This document shows, piece after piece, positions 30,549 to 42,279 of a stretch of DNA of 64,000 nt. This DNA comes from an uncultured Verrucomicrobiae bacterium (GTDB lineage: Bacteria > Verrucomicrobiota > Verrucomicrobiia > Chthoniobacterales > JAATET01), in contig CAVRCI010000013.1 of the NCBI GenBank assembly GCA_963719495.1, positions 448,001 to 512,000 of the forward strand, read 5' to 3'. The notes beneath the pieces are model-generated. The model did not search any database. It saw nothing but the letters and a program-made list of their open reading frames with translations, and was not told the DNA's origin. Both the position numbers and the translations under genes were made by a program. Numbering within the stretch: the stretch's first letter is position 1; every line of letters begins with the position of its first letter.

Positions 30549-30584
30549 ACCGATAAAATGTAACGGCCGTTACGTTTTATCGGT
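30549..30584. repeat. 36-bp near-perfect palindrome centred on CGGCCG
   Basis: ACCGATAAAATGTAACGGCCGTTACGTTTTATCGGT (one mismatch); sister copy at 44970. Confidence 0.9.
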
Positions 30585-30681
30585 CAAACTCGCTGGGGGC
30601 GGCGGCGGGTCGGCGGCGGGTTGGGGGCGGTGGTGATGTGGGCTTTCAAACGGCGCGACGATCTGCCACCCTCCGCCCGCC

Positions 30682-31563
30682 ATGGAGTTGGAGCCCTACC
30701 TGCGCAATCGCATCCGCCGCGTCGACTCCGCGCTCGACCGATTTCTGCCCCCGGCGAAAACGAAGCCCGTCACCCTCCACGGGGCCATGCGCTACAGCCT
30801 TTTCGCGGGCGGAAAACGCCTGCGCCCCGTCTTCGCCCTCGCCGCCGCCGAGGCCTGCGGCGGTCCGCTCGAAGCCGCCCTCCCCGCCGCCTGCTCCGTC
30901 GAGTGCGTCCACACCTATTCGCTCGTCCACGACGACCTCCCGTGCATGGACGACGACGATTTCCGCCGCGGCCGTCCCACCGCGCACAAGGTCTACGGCG
31001 ACGCCGTCGCCGTCCTCGCCGGCGACGCCCTGCTCACCATCGCGTTCGAAATCCTCACCCACGCCACCCCCACCCCGCGCTACCCGATCGCCGACCAACT
31101 CCGCGAACTCACCGCCGCCGCCGGCAGCCGTCAGCTCATCGCCGGCCAGATTGCCGACCTCGAAGGCGAGGGCCGCGATTCCACGAAGGCCGAACTCCGC
31201 TTCATCCACGAGCGCAAGACCGCCGCCATGATCGAGGTCAGCCTCCGCCTCGGCGCGATGTCGGCCAACGCCACCCCCGCCCGCCTCGCCGCCCTCACCA
31301 CGTTCGGAAAAAATCTCGGCCTCGCTTTCCAAGTCATCGACGACATCCTCGACGTCACGCAGACGAGCGAACAACTCGGCAAAAGCGCCGGCAAAGACCT
31401 CGCGTCCGGCAAGACAACCTACCCATCCGTCATAGGCCTCGAAGCGTCGAAAAAAGAAGCGCGCCGCCTCACCCGCGCGGCCCACCGACCCTTGGAAGTT
31501 TTCGGCAAAAAGGCCGACCTCCTCCGAGCCCTCGCCGACCACCTCCTAGCCCGCGAATTCTGA
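30682..31563 (+). CDS. ispA: Polyprenyl (farnesyl/geranylgeranyl) diphosphate synthase
   Basis: GGKRLRP, HDDLPCMDDDDFRRG, FQVIDDILD. Confidence 0.92.
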   Translation: MELEPYLRNRIRRVDSALDRFLPPAKTKPVTLHGAMRYSLFAGGKRLRPVFALAAAEACGGPLEAALPAACSVECVHTYSLVHDDLPCMDDDDFRRGRPTAHKVYGDAVAVLAGDALLTIAFEILTHATPTPRYPIADQLRELTAAAGSRQLIAGQIADLEGEGRDSTKAELRFIHERKTAAMIEVSLRLGAMSANATPARLAALTTFGKNLGLAFQVIDDILDVTQTSEQLGKSAGKDLASGKTTYPSVIGLEASKKEARRLTRAAHRPLEVFGKKADLLRALADHLLAREF

Positions 31564-31573
31564 CCCACTCGAT

Positions 31574-31666
31574 GTCGCGTCGGTCTATGACCGCCGCTGA
31601 CTTCCACGACAATTTTGCACCGAATAAATTTCCCCAAGCTCCCGGCGCTCACAGAGACGCCGCTAC
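31574..31666. repeat. REPIN-like inverted REP pair (related to 37215-37309)
   Basis: GGTCTATGACCGCCGCTGACTTCC...CACAGAGACGCCGCTAC shared with the 37.2 kb copy. Confidence 0.75.
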
Positions 31667-31674
31667 GGAAACGT

Positions 31675-32613
31675 TCACGTCACTGCCAGCGCCAGCGCCA
31701 GCGACACCACTGACAGCAGCGTGCTCAGCGCGATCGAGCCCGCCGCCAGCGATTCGTCACCACCCATCTGTTTCGACATGATGAACGCCGCCGCCGCCGT
31801 CGGACACGCCGCGAACACCAGCAGAATCCGCATCTCCACCCCCACGATCCCCGCCCAACTTCCGATCGCATAAGCGATCACCGGTCCCACGAAGACCTTC
31901 ACGATCGACGTCGCCACGATCGCCCGCCGATTCCCCACGAGCCGCAGCGAGTGCAGCGACCCGCCGATGCACAGCAGCGCGACCGGCACCGCCGCCCCAC
32001 CCAGAGCCTCCAACGAACGTCCGATAAACACCGGCACCGACCACCCCGCCGCCATGAAAACCAACCCCGCGAGGCAGGCGATGATCAGCGGATTTCGCGC
32101 CATCGAAAGCCCCATCAGCACGAAACTCCCACGCCCCAACCGGTGGCGGCTCGCCTGCAGCACGATCACCGCCAGCACGTTGTAGAGCGCCATGATCGGC
32201 GTGATCGCCAGGAAGATCGTCGCCATCGCCCGCTCCCGCTCGGCCCCGCCCAGATCGGCCAGCGCGTAGGTCAAAATCGGCAGTCCAACGAAGAGAAAAT
32301 TTCCCCGAAACGCGCTCTGAACAAAAGTCCCCACCACCGCCCCCGGCAGCCGCAGCACCCCCACCGCTAGAACCCACGCCAGCGCCGCCGCCAATAAAGT
32401 CGTCGCCGCCAGCACCCCGATCAGCCGCACCGTGTCGTCCGCCGGTTCCTCCGCCGAAGCGATGCTCATGAAAATCAAACTCGGCAGCGCGAGGTAGAAA
32501 ACGAGCCGGTTCAGATCGATCATGAACTCCCGCCCGAGGAACCGCCCGCGCGCCAAAGCCGCCCCCAGCGCGAGCAGCAAAATAATGGGCGCCAGCGTCT
32601 CGACGATTTGCAT
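31675..32613 (-). CDS. AEC-family transporter
   Basis: Multi-TM; LVFYLALPSLIF, FRGN..FVGLP, NPLIIA, ACPTAAA. Confidence 0.9.
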   Translation of the reverse strand: MQIVETLAPIILLLALGAALARGRFLGREFMIDLNRLVFYLALPSLIFMSIASAEEPADDTVRLIGVLAATTLLAAALAWVLAVGVLRLPGAVVGTFVQSAFRGNFLFVGLPILTYALADLGGAERERAMATIFLAITPIMALYNVLAVIVLQASRHRLGRGSFVLMGLSMARNPLIIACLAGLVFMAAGWSVPVFIGRSLEALGGAAVPVALLCIGGSLHSLRLVGNRRAIVATSIVKVFVGPVIAYAIGSWAGIVGVEMRILLVFAACPTAAAAFIMSKQMGGDESLAAGSIALSTLLSVVSLALALAVT

Positions 32614-32626
32614 GCGATTTTCCGGG

Positions 32627-33061
32627 CTAGAGAACAATCAAGTTCGAGCTCTCCGCTCCAACGACTGCGGCCAGCGAAATCCCTTGATCGAAGGTCACCA
32701 AGCAACCCTCGTGATGCGTCGCCACGGCGAGAAGATAGACGTCCGTGATCTGGCGCGATCCCAGGACACGGGCCAATTCGAAAGTCTCGGGATCACAGAA
32801 CGAAACGGCGTTCGGCCAAAATTCGTGGTTGGTCTGATTTCGGAAATCCCGCAATCGCGCCCCAACGTCCGCGACCGAAAGCCGCCGGTCGGGGGAATAG
32901 TTCGGGTTAGCCAGGATGCGAATCAGCCCGTTTTCGGTCAAAGCCGTGCTGGACCACTCATCGCCGTCGGTCGAAAACCAATCGTGAGCGCGCTGATGAA
33001 AGGCGTGATCCTCGTCGAAAAGAGCGAGCAGAACGTTCACGTCCAGGAGGTGCCGTCTCAA
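32627..33061 (-). CDS. PIN-domain (VapC) toxin
   Basis: LLDVNVLLAL, TENGLIRI, QITDVYLLAVA, LVTFD. Confidence 0.9.
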   Translation of the reverse strand: MRRHLLDVNVLLALFDEDHAFHQRAHDWFSTDGDEWSSTALTENGLIRILANPNYSPDRRLSVADVGARLRDFRNQTNHEFWPNAVSFCDPETFELARVLGSRQITDVYLLAVATHHEGCLVTFDQGISLAAVVGAESSNLIVL

Positions 33062-33288
33062 ACCCCCTCTTCCTCCATGATCCGTCGGACGTGTTCCATC
33101 GTCACGACCCGTCCCGTCGCCGGAAGCACCGGGACGCCATTTCGAACTTTCCTTCCAGCGCCGACCGGCGAAACAAGCCCCTGCCGGGCAAGTCTCGACA
33201 GAACCGCACCGGTGCTCAGCCGCTCCCGAGCCGCGATTTCTTTCGCTGCCTGCAAAATGTCACCCTCGATGTCCAATGTTGTCCGCAT
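33058..33288 (-). CDS. Ribbon-helix-helix (VapB/CopG-like) antitoxin
   Basis: MRTTLDIEGDILQAAKEIAARE...RNGVPVLP; GATG repeats upstream resemble an operator. Confidence 0.85.
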   Translation of the reverse strand: MRTTLDIEGDILQAAKEIAARERLSTGAVLSRLARQGLVSPVGAGRKVRNGVPVLPATGRVVTMEHVRRIMEEEGV

Positions 33289-33329
33289 GCGATGATGTTG
33301 CCGCATCACCGCATCATCCGCAACTCCGA

Positions 33330-35705
33330 TCAATACGTCCCCTGCGTCACCCCGAGTTGCGGTTGGGCGCGGAGGTGGCGCCAGAGGTTTTCGCCGGTCG
33401 TTTGGCCGTCGAGGAGCGCGCGGTAGGTTTCGAGGATCCGGCGCGTCTCGTCCGGCGACTCCTCGAGCAGCTCGACGCGGAAATTCCGCAGCCCCGCCGC
33501 CACGAGCGGTTCGAAAAATTTCGCGCCCGTCTGCGCCTTCGCGTTGAAGAGCGTGTTCCGGCAGCCCACGTCCGCCCGCAGCGGATGCTCGACGCCGACG
33601 CGGTCCCGCAGATGGACCCGGTGCGTGTCGCAGGGCCGTCCGCAATTCGTGTGGTCCGTCCCGTCCGACAGGAACGCCGCAAAGACGCAGTGCTCCATGT
33701 GAAACATCGGCATGTGCTGGTGAATCGTCAGCTCGAACCACTCCGCCGGCGCGCCCGCGAGCAACGCCAGCACCTGACCAATCGTCAAATCATACGAAAT
33801 CGTCAGGCGCTCGAGTTCGTGGTCTTTGAAAACCCGCGCCGTCAGCGGATTCGCCACGTTGAGCGAAAAATCCCCGATCCGCCGCCGCGAACTCCCGCGA
33901 AAATACTCGATCGCCCCGACGTTGCGAATGAGCACCCCGTCGGGCGCGGCGTTTTCGATCAGTTTGAAAAACCCCCGCTCGCCCGCCTTCTGAATCCGCG
34001 GCGTCGCGAGGAAAATCGGCGCGCTCAAACCCGAAGCCCGCACCAGCGCGACCGCGTCCCGGTAGCGCCGCACGTCCTCGAAATCCACGAGCAGAACGTC
34101 CGCGTCGAAGGCGGCCTCGAGCTGCTCCATCGTCCGACAAAGCACCGACAAAGCCGCGCCAGGCTCCGGCTCTGCAGTCGCGGGCACACTCAGCGGCACC
34201 TCGATCCGAGGCGGAGCCGTCCGCTCGGTCACGCGATAGATCAGCTCCCGCCGCAAGCGATTCAGCTCGCTGATCGGCACGATCACTTCGCCCTCGATCG
34301 CGTTGTCCACGACGCCGAGCGAAAACGGCGTCTCGTCCAACTTCCCGAGCTGCGCCGCCAACCGCTCCGTCGTGAGCGGCTGATTCCGAGCCGCCTCCAG
34401 CCCCTTCGCCGACTCGACCGTCACCCCCCGCGCCGAGATCCGCAGCGGCTCGCCGACCCGCCCGCTGACGCAAAAATCAAGCGCCGCCTTCCGTCGCGAA
34501 GGCAAGTGCCCCGCGTAAGTCCCACGCAGATCCCGCCCCAGCGACGGGTCGTCCGTTTTCCACACCCGGTCGCCCACCGTGACGCCCTCCAGATCCGTGC
34601 GCTTGGGATCGAATTCTACCCGCCGCCCCGTCACCCGCACGATCCGCCCACCACTCTCCGCGTCCGTGTCCCCGCCGCTATCGAAGACCACCCCATCACC
34701 CACGCTCAGCGCCAATTCCCCGTCGACGTCCACCCAGGAACGCCCGACCCGCGTGACCCGACCGACGAACGGCCCCCGCTTCTTCCCGAACCGCGCCGGC
34801 ACCAACCGCTGATGATTCACCCCGTGCATCCAGCCCGAAAACAGCCCGCGCGAAAACGTCATCTCCAGCCGATACCAATCGTTCGCCGTCACGTCGTGCG
34901 CCCGCGCGTCGATCGCGGCATCCAGCGCCATCCGGTAGACGCTCGTCACCGCCGCCACGTATTCCGGCGACTTCAGCCGACCCTCGATCTTGAAACTCCG
35001 CACCCCCAGCGCGACCAGCTTCGGAATCTCCTCCACCGCCGCCAGATCCTGCGGCGAAAGCAAATACCGCCGGTCGCCCAGATCCCGCGTCGCCCCATCG
35101 ACCACCAATTCGTAAGGCATCCGGCACGCCTGCGCGCACTCCCCGCGATTCGCACTCCGCTGACCCAACGACTCGCTGGTCAAACACTGACCCGAATACG
35201 CGACGCACAGCGCCCCGTGAACGAACACCTCGAGCGGCACCGCCCCCGGGTCGAATTTCGCCAGCTCCCGCATCGAAAGCTCCCGCGCCAGCACGACCTG
35301 CCGCACCCCGAGGTCGCGCGCAAACGCCACGCCCTCCGGCGAAGTGATCGTCATTTGCGTCGAAGCGTGCACCCGTAATCCCGGCGTGATCCGCCGCGCC
35401 AGGTCCGCGAGTCCCACGTCCTGAATGATCACCGCGTCCACCCCCGCGTCCTGGAGTTCCCGCAACTGATCCGCCGCCGCCGCGAGTTCTTCGGTGAAGA
35501 CCAGCACGTTGAACGTCACGTAAGCCTTCACCCCGTGATTGTGCAGGAACGTCACGACCGCCGGCAGATCGTCGAAATTCTCCGCCCGCATCCGCGCGTT
35601 GAACGTCGGCATCCCGAAGAACACCGCGTCCGCCCCGTTCGCCACCGCCGCCCGCACGCAATCCCAGTCACCGGCGGGCGCGAGGAGTTCGGGTGGATTC
35701 GTCAT
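33330..35705 (-). CDS. U32-family protein (RlhA/TrhP-like RNA hydroxylase) with long C-terminal region
   Basis: ELLAPAG, HASTQ, HGALCVAYSGQC, SANRGECAQACR, KIEGRLK. Confidence 0.9.
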   Translation of the reverse strand: MTNPPELLAPAGDWDCVRAAVANGADAVFFGMPTFNARMRAENFDDLPAVVTFLHNHGVKAYVTFNVLVFTEELAAAADQLRELQDAGVDAVIIQDVGLADLARRITPGLRVHASTQMTITSPEGVAFARDLGVRQVVLARELSMRELAKFDPGAVPLEVFVHGALCVAYSGQCLTSESLGQRSANRGECAQACRMPYELVVDGATRDLGDRRYLLSPQDLAAVEEIPKLVALGVRSFKIEGRLKSPEYVAAVTSVYRMALDAAIDARAHDVTANDWYRLEMTFSRGLFSGWMHGVNHQRLVPARFGKKRGPFVGRVTRVGRSWVDVDGELALSVGDGVVFDSGGDTDAESGGRIVRVTGRRVEFDPKRTDLEGVTVGDRVWKTDDPSLGRDLRGTYAGHLPSRRKAALDFCVSGRVGEPLRISARGVTVESAKGLEAARNQPLTTERLAAQLGKLDETPFSLGVVDNAIEGEVIVPISELNRLRRELIYRVTERTAPPRIEVPLSVPATAEPEPGAALSVLCRTMEQLEAAFDADVLLVDFEDVRRYRDAVALVRASGLSAPIFLATPRIQKAGERGFFKLIENAAPDGVLIRNVGAIEYFRGSSRRRIGDFSLNVANPLTARVFKDHELERLTISYDLTIGQVLALLAGAPAEWFELTIHQHMPMFHMEHCVFAAFLSDGTDHTNCGRPCDTHRVHLRDRVGVEHPLRADVGCRNTLFNAKAQTGAKFFEPLVAAGLRNFRVELLEESPDETRRILETYRALLDGQTTGENLWRHLRAQPQLGVTQGTY

Positions 35706-35769
35706 GGCCGGCCTAGAATCCGCGCAACCCGCCTTGTTGTCCACCGTGCGCCGCCGTTAATCTCGGTAA

Positions 35770-36072
35770 ATGCCCACCCCGCTCGCGCCCACCGTCGTCA
35801 ACCGCATCGGCAACGAACTCGCCATCGCCTGGACGGACGGAGCCGAAACCTACTTCGAACTCGAGCGCCTCCGCCGAGCCTGCCCCTGCGCCGCCTGCGG
35901 GGGCGAGCCCGACGTCCTCGGCCGCGTCATCCGCCCGGACGTCGAATATTCGCCCACCAGTTTCGACCTGGCCGGCTGGGAATTCGTCGGAGGCTACGGC
36001 CTCCAACCCCGCTGGACCGACGGCCACCGCACCGGCATCTACTCGTATAGTTACCTCCGCCGCCTGGCGTAA
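35770..36072 (+). CDS. DUF971 / GBBH N-terminal-like small metal-binding protein
   Basis: LRRACPCAAC, VGGYGL..W.DGH.TGIYSY. Confidence 0.88.
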   Translation: MPTPLAPTVVNRIGNELAIAWTDGAETYFELERLRRACPCAACGGEPDVLGRVIRPDVEYSPTSFDLAGWEFVGGYGLQPRWTDGHRTGIYSYSYLRRLA

Positions 36073-36148
36073 GCCCAACGGTCCACAGGACCGCCATCCA
36101 TCAACCGCTGTCCCACCTCAGTCCGAAGGACTGCCCTCCAACAAACCC

Positions 36149-36321
36149 TGTCATTCTGAGCGAAGCGAAGAATCTCTGGAATACACTCCGTTGCGCGTCC
36201 GCAGTCGGGAAACGCTGACTCTATCGCGCCCCGATCGCTGACAAGAAGCAAGAGATTGCCTCTTCGGTTCCGGATAAAAGTGAGAGGCGGTCGATGGCTC
36301 TTCGCTTCGCTCAGAATGCCA
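36149..36321. repeat. REP-like inverted pair (TGTCATTCTGAGCGAAGCGAAGA)
   Basis: Left arm and TCTTCGCTTCGCTCAGAATGCCA right arm are complementary. Confidence 0.8.
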
Positions 36322-36356
36322 GTCGGGAAAGGGAAACCCCCTCCAGCCGAACAACC

Positions 36357-37199
36357 TCACCCCACCACCAGCGCCACCACCGGCGTCAGCAGCGCCAGAT
36401 CCGCCCAGGCACAAGTCGCGTCCGCCCCGATCCGCCGTTCCAGCCAAGGCCCCATCGCGATCAACAACGCCGACGCCAACAGCGACCCACCCGTCGCCTC
36501 CAACCCGGTCACCGCCAGAATCGCCACCAGCACCACCGCCACCCCCAGCGCCACCACCCGCCCCGGTCGCGCCCGCTCCCCGAATCGCACCGCGATCGAC
36601 GATTCCCCCCGCGCCAAATCCCGATCCCGCTCCAGCCGAGCGATCAGCAAACAATTCGCGAAGCAAACCACCGCAAACCCGACCACCTCCACCGCCACCA
36701 CCCACGAAAACGCGTTCACCAACGGCACCAACGCCGCACCCCCCGCGAAGACCACGCTCACCACCACCTCCTTCAACCACCCCCGCCCGAACCGCGCCCC
36801 CGCCAGCTGATTCCAGACAAAATACCCCACCACCAATCCCCCCAACGCCAATCCGCCCACGAGCACGCCCCCCGGCAATCGCGTCAGCGCCAACCCCGCC
36901 CCCCCCACCGCCGCCACCCCGATCCCGATCGACAAAGCCCCCGCGTGCCTCCGCCCAAACCGGTGCCGAGCCGCCGTCGTCGGCCCGACCGAAAGCCGAT
37001 AGCCGTCGAGCACCCGGTCCCCCGCGTAAATGATCCAAACCGCCAGGAAAAGGACCACCCGCTCACTCACCGTCACCGCGCACCCCGCCGTCCGAGCAAA
37101 GAGCTCCTGCCAAACCACGGTGATCAGCGGCGCGTCCAAGTTGAGAACGTTCAGCCACAAATACCAAGGCGTCCGCGCCCCCGAAGAATCCCCCGTCAT
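36357..37199 (-). CDS. Integral membrane protein, UbiA prenyltransferase-like
   Basis: Multi-TM; YAGDRVLD and KEVVV motifs. Confidence 0.6.
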   Translation of the reverse strand: MTGDSSGARTPWYLWLNVLNLDAPLITVVWQELFARTAGCAVTVSERVVLFLAVWIIYAGDRVLDGYRLSVGPTTAARHRFGRRHAGALSIGIGVAAVGGAGLALTRLPGGVLVGGLALGGLVVGYFVWNQLAGARFGRGWLKEVVVSVVFAGGAALVPLVNAFSWVVAVEVVGFAVVCFANCLLIARLERDRDLARGESSIAVRFGERARPGRVVALGVAVVLVAILAVTGLEATGGSLLASALLIAMGPWLERRIGADATCAWADLALLTPVVALVVG

Positions 37200-37214
37200 C
37201 GATCGACTCAGACA

Positions 37215-37309
37215 TTTGTAGCGGCGGGTCTATGACCGCCGCTGACTTCCTCGAACAAACGCCGCCCGCAAGCTCGACGGCCCCGACGGTCACAGACCGC
37301 CGCTACAAA
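37215..37309. repeat. REPIN-like GTAG REP pair
   Basis: TTTGTAGCGGCGG...CCGCCGCTACAAA inverted ends. Confidence 0.8.
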
Positions 37310-37412
37310 ATCCATCGCGTTCGTTTCCTTGAAAATCATCCTCGGAGCACAATCAGGTCACAACGGTTTGTTTGGCGATTCGGCACGGCTGTGGTAATCC
37401 CGACCCATCGGC

Positions 37413-39572
37413 ATGGCGGAAACGGTTCGTTTTGAACACTACGAAGTGCGCCGGCGCGAGGACGGCACCCTGTGGGAACTCGGCCGCGGCGCCATGGGCA
37501 TCACCTACCGCGCCTTCGACACCAACCTCCGCACCGACGTCGCGCTCAAGGTCATCAACGCCGCCCAGCTCGCCAGCCCCTCCGCCCGCGAGCGCTTCCT
37601 CCGCGAAGCCCGCGCCGCCGCCGCCATCCGCCACGCCAACGTCGCCACCGTCTACCACCTCGGCCAAGCCGACGACGCGTTCTTCTACGCGATGGAATTC
37701 ATCGACGGCGAGACGCTCGAAGACCTCATGGACCGCGAAGGAGCCCTCCCCACGCTCCTCGCCCTCGACGTCACCGACCAGGTCGCCCGCGCCCTCGGCA
37801 CCGCCGAAAAACGCGGCCTCGTCCACCGCGACATCAAACCCGCGAATCTCATGCTCACCCGCGACGAGGACGACGACCTCCGCGTCCGCGTCATCGACTT
37901 CGGACTCGCCAAAGCCGCCGACCGCCACTCCGGCTTCGACGCCGCGACCATCACCCAGGGCGGATTCCTCGGCACCCCCCACTTCGCCAGCCCCGAGCAA
38001 CTCGACGAAGCCGAGCTCGACGTCCGCTCCGACATCTACTCCCTCGGCGTCACCCTCTACTACCTGCTCGCCGGCAAGGCCCCCTTCAGCGGCTCCGTCG
38101 CGCAGGTCATGAGCCAGCACCTCCACCGCGACCCGCCACTCACCGCCGTCGCCGACCGCCCCACTCCCGTTCTCGCCCTGCTGAAAACCATGCTGGCCAA
38201 GGCCCCGTCAGCCCGCCCCCCGTCCGCCTCCGCCCTCCGCACCCTCATCGGCGACTGCATCGCCCAGGTCCGCGACGTCCGTCACGCCTCCATCACGACT
38301 TTGCCGGACGCGGAATGGTCCGCCGCCCCGTCGCTCGCCGACCACGGATTCCTCCCGTCCGCCGAGGCCATGACGATCCTCACTTCCATCGCCGGCGGCC
38401 TCGAAGCCCTCCAGAGAGCGGGCCTCCCCGTCCCAAAACTCACGACCGCCAAGATCAAACTCCTCCCCGGTCCCGCCGACACCACCCAGCCGCGATTCCT
38501 CGCCGCCACCGACGCCACGACCCCGGACCCCGCCCCCGTCCGCTCCCTCGCCGCCATCGCCTACGAGCTCTTCGACGGCTCCCTGCGCGATCCCGCCGCG
38601 ATCGAATTCGCCCCCATCCCCGACCTCCCGGCCGCCGCCAACCGCGTCCTCCGCCGCGCGTTCGATCCCACCAAAGGCTACCCGTCGCCCATCGCCTTCG
38701 TCGCCGATCTCGGCGATGCCGTCGGCGACCCGTGCGGAGTCGTCAGCGCTCCCGCCGCCAGCGAGGTCACCATCCCGCCGCCCGAGGACCACACGCCGCC
38801 GATCGACCGCGTCGCCCTGGCCCGCGCCCCCCGCCGCCGCGTCCCCGCCTGGGTCGGAGCCCTCGGCGGCCTCCTGGCACTCGCCCTCCTCGCCCTCCTC
38901 GCCCTCTTCTACTCACTCCGCCTCCCCCCCGAACTCCGCTTCCCACCCGAGACCACGCCGCCACCCCCCACTCCTACCCCATCGCTCTCACCCCCGCCCG
39001 AGCCAACCCCCGATCCGACTCCCACCCTCGTCCCATTCCAAGCCCCCAGCGCGACGCCCAGCCCGATCGACCCCGTCGTCCGCCGAGCCGCGAGCCTCGC
39101 CGCCGCCAACCGCCCCGGCGTCGCCCTCGACATCCTCGCCCAAGCCTGGGAACGCGACCGCGCGAACGAGGCCATCCCCGCCGAAATGGAGCGCATCGCC
39201 GCGACCCTCCGCGACCAGCCGCTCGCCGACGAATCCTTCGCCGACCTCGAAGACGCTCTCCAGCGAGCCGCCGAAGCCCACTCCGAATCCGCCCAACTCC
39301 TTCTCGCCGAGCGCTACCGCGAAGCCGACCCCGCCCTCTTCATCAAATACGCCACCATCGCCGAGAACGACGGCAGCCCCGCCGGAGCCCGCCTCATGGC
39401 CGAGGCCTACGAACTCGGCATCGGCGTCGATCCCGACCCCACCCGCGCCCTCGAATACCGCCGCCGCGCCGGCGAATTTCTCCCACCAACGCCGTCGCCG
39501 TCTCCCACGCCAAACCAGCCACCAGCAACCGCTCCGACCTTGCCAACCCCCGCCCCACCCGATAACCCCTAA
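37413..39572 (+). CDS. Hanks-type Ser/Thr protein kinase, membrane anchored
   Basis: LGRGAMG, VALK, HRDIKPAN, DFG, SPE; TM, Pro-rich linker, Sel1-like tail. Confidence 0.93.
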   Translation: MAETVRFEHYEVRRREDGTLWELGRGAMGITYRAFDTNLRTDVALKVINAAQLASPSARERFLREARAAAAIRHANVATVYHLGQADDAFFYAMEFIDGETLEDLMDREGALPTLLALDVTDQVARALGTAEKRGLVHRDIKPANLMLTRDEDDDLRVRVIDFGLAKAADRHSGFDAATITQGGFLGTPHFASPEQLDEAELDVRSDIYSLGVTLYYLLAGKAPFSGSVAQVMSQHLHRDPPLTAVADRPTPVLALLKTMLAKAPSARPPSASALRTLIGDCIAQVRDVRHASITTLPDAEWSAAPSLADHGFLPSAEAMTILTSIAGGLEALQRAGLPVPKLTTAKIKLLPGPADTTQPRFLAATDATTPDPAPVRSLAAIAYELFDGSLRDPAAIEFAPIPDLPAAANRVLRRAFDPTKGYPSPIAFVADLGDAVGDPCGVVSAPAASEVTIPPPEDHTPPIDRVALARAPRRRVPAWVGALGGLLALALLALLALFYSLRLPPELRFPPETTPPPPTPTPSLSPPPEPTPDPTPTLVPFQAPSATPSPIDPVVRRAASLAAANRPGVALDILAQAWERDRANEAIPAEMERIAATLRDQPLADESFADLEDALQRAAEAHSESAQLLLAERYREADPALFIKYATIAENDGSPAGARLMAEAYELGIGVDPDPTRALEYRRRAGEFLPPTPSPSPTPNQPPATAPTLPTPAPPDNP

Positions 39573-39614
39573 CGTCCGCCCGCTCGCCGGGGACCCGGCG
39601 CGGCGCTTCGATCC

Positions 39615-40807
<1,193 letters not shown>

Positions 40808-40811
<4 letters not shown>

Positions 40812-41170
40812 GGATTCAGGAAATCGCCTTCTCCTGCTACCCGGTCACCGACGTGCCCCGGGCCAAATCCTTCTACGAAGGAATCCTCGGCCTCACGCCC
40901 ACGATGGATCACGAGATGGAAGGCGGCCACTGGGTCGAATACGACATCGGCCCCGCCACCCTCGCCATCGGCAAAGCCCCCGGCTGGACCCCTTCCAGCG
41001 ACGGCTGCTCCGTCGGTCTGGAGGTCGAGGATTTCGAATCTGCCATCACCGAACTCAAGGCCGCGAACGTCCCTTTTGGGATGGAAGCCTTCGAAACCCC
41101 CGTCTGCCACATGGCGATGATCAAAGACCCCGACGGCAACATCGTCATCATCCACAAACGCAAGGCCTGA
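40808..41170 (+). CDS. VOC/glyoxalase family protein
   Basis: [16 protein letters not shown]...DPDGN. Confidence 0.9.
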
Positions 41171-41222
41171 GTCGCCTCACCCATTTCCAATTCAGCATTC
41201 CAAATTTCTAATTTAAAAGAAG

Positions 41223-42116
41223 ATGGCCATTCTCGTCACACCAGACACCAAAGTTCTCGTCCAAGGCATCACCGGTAGTTTCGGTGGCCGCCACGCGCAA
41301 CTCAGCCTCGACTACGGCACGCAAATCGTCGCTGGAGTCACTCCCGGTAAGGGCGGCCAGACGTTCGCCGACACCGTCCCGATCTACGACACCGTCCGCG
41401 AAGCCGCCACCCAGACCGGCGCGACCGTCTCCGTCATTTTCGTCCCGCCACCCTTCGCCGCCGACGCCATCTTCGAAGCCATGGACGCCGGCCTCGACCT
41501 CGCCGTCTGCATCACCGAGGGCATCCCGGTCAACGACATGGTCCGCGTCAAACAAGCCCTCAAAGGCTCCAGGACCCGCCTCATCGGCCCGAACTGCCCC
41601 GGCCTCGTCACCCCCGGCACCGGCGAGAATTCCCACGGCGGCTGCCGCATCGGCATCGCCCCCGGCTACATCCACAAGCGCGGCAACGTCGGCGTCGTCT
41701 CCCGCTCCGGCACCCTCACCTACGAGGCCGTCTGGCAATTGACCACCCGCGGCCTTGGCCAGAGCACCTGCGTCGGCATCGGCGGCGACCCCGTCAACGG
41801 CACGTCCCACCTCGACGTCCTCGAGATGTTCAACGACGACCCCGAGACCGAAGCCATCATCATGATCGGCGAAATCGGCGGCACCGCCGAAGAAGAAGCC
41901 GCCGCCTGGGCCAAGGAAAACTGCAAGAAACCGATCGCCGCTTTCATCGCCGGAGCGACCGCCCCCCCCGGCCGCCGGATGGGCCACGCCGGGGCCATCG
42001 TCAGCGGAGGCGAAGGCACGGCCGCCGCCAAAACCGAAGCCATGAGAAACGCCGGCATCGCGGTCGCCGACACCCCAGCCGACATGGCCGACACCCTCAT
42101 CCGCCACATGCGGTAG
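41223..42116 (+). CDS. sucD: Succinyl-CoA ligase alpha subunit
   Basis: [29 protein letters not shown]. Confidence 0.97.
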   Translation: MAILVTPDTKVLVQGITGSFGGRHAQLSLDYGTQIVAGVTPGKGGQTFADTVPIYDTVREAATQTGATVSVIFVPPPFAADAIFEAMDAGLDLAVCITEGIPVNDMVRVKQALKGSRTRLIGPNCPGLVTPGTGENSHGGCRIGIAPGYIHKRGNVGVVSRSGTLTYEAVWQLTTRGLGQSTCVGIGGDPVNGTSHLDVLEMFNDDPETEAIIMIGEIGGTAEEEAAAWAKENCKKPIAAFIAGATAPPGRRMGHAGAIVSGGEGTAAAKTEAMRNAGIAVADTPADMADTLIRHMR

Positions 42117-42279
42117 GGAAGCCGCGCCGCCGGGTTCCCAAACCATCTCCCAGAGCTCCGCAACCACAAGAGCGAGCCACCCACTCCCCAACCGCACTTA
42201 ACTCGCTCCCCGCACCCTCACTTGCACCCCCGCGCGTCGCTCCCCACGCCACCCGAGCCACCCCGAGCCGCGCAAGCCG

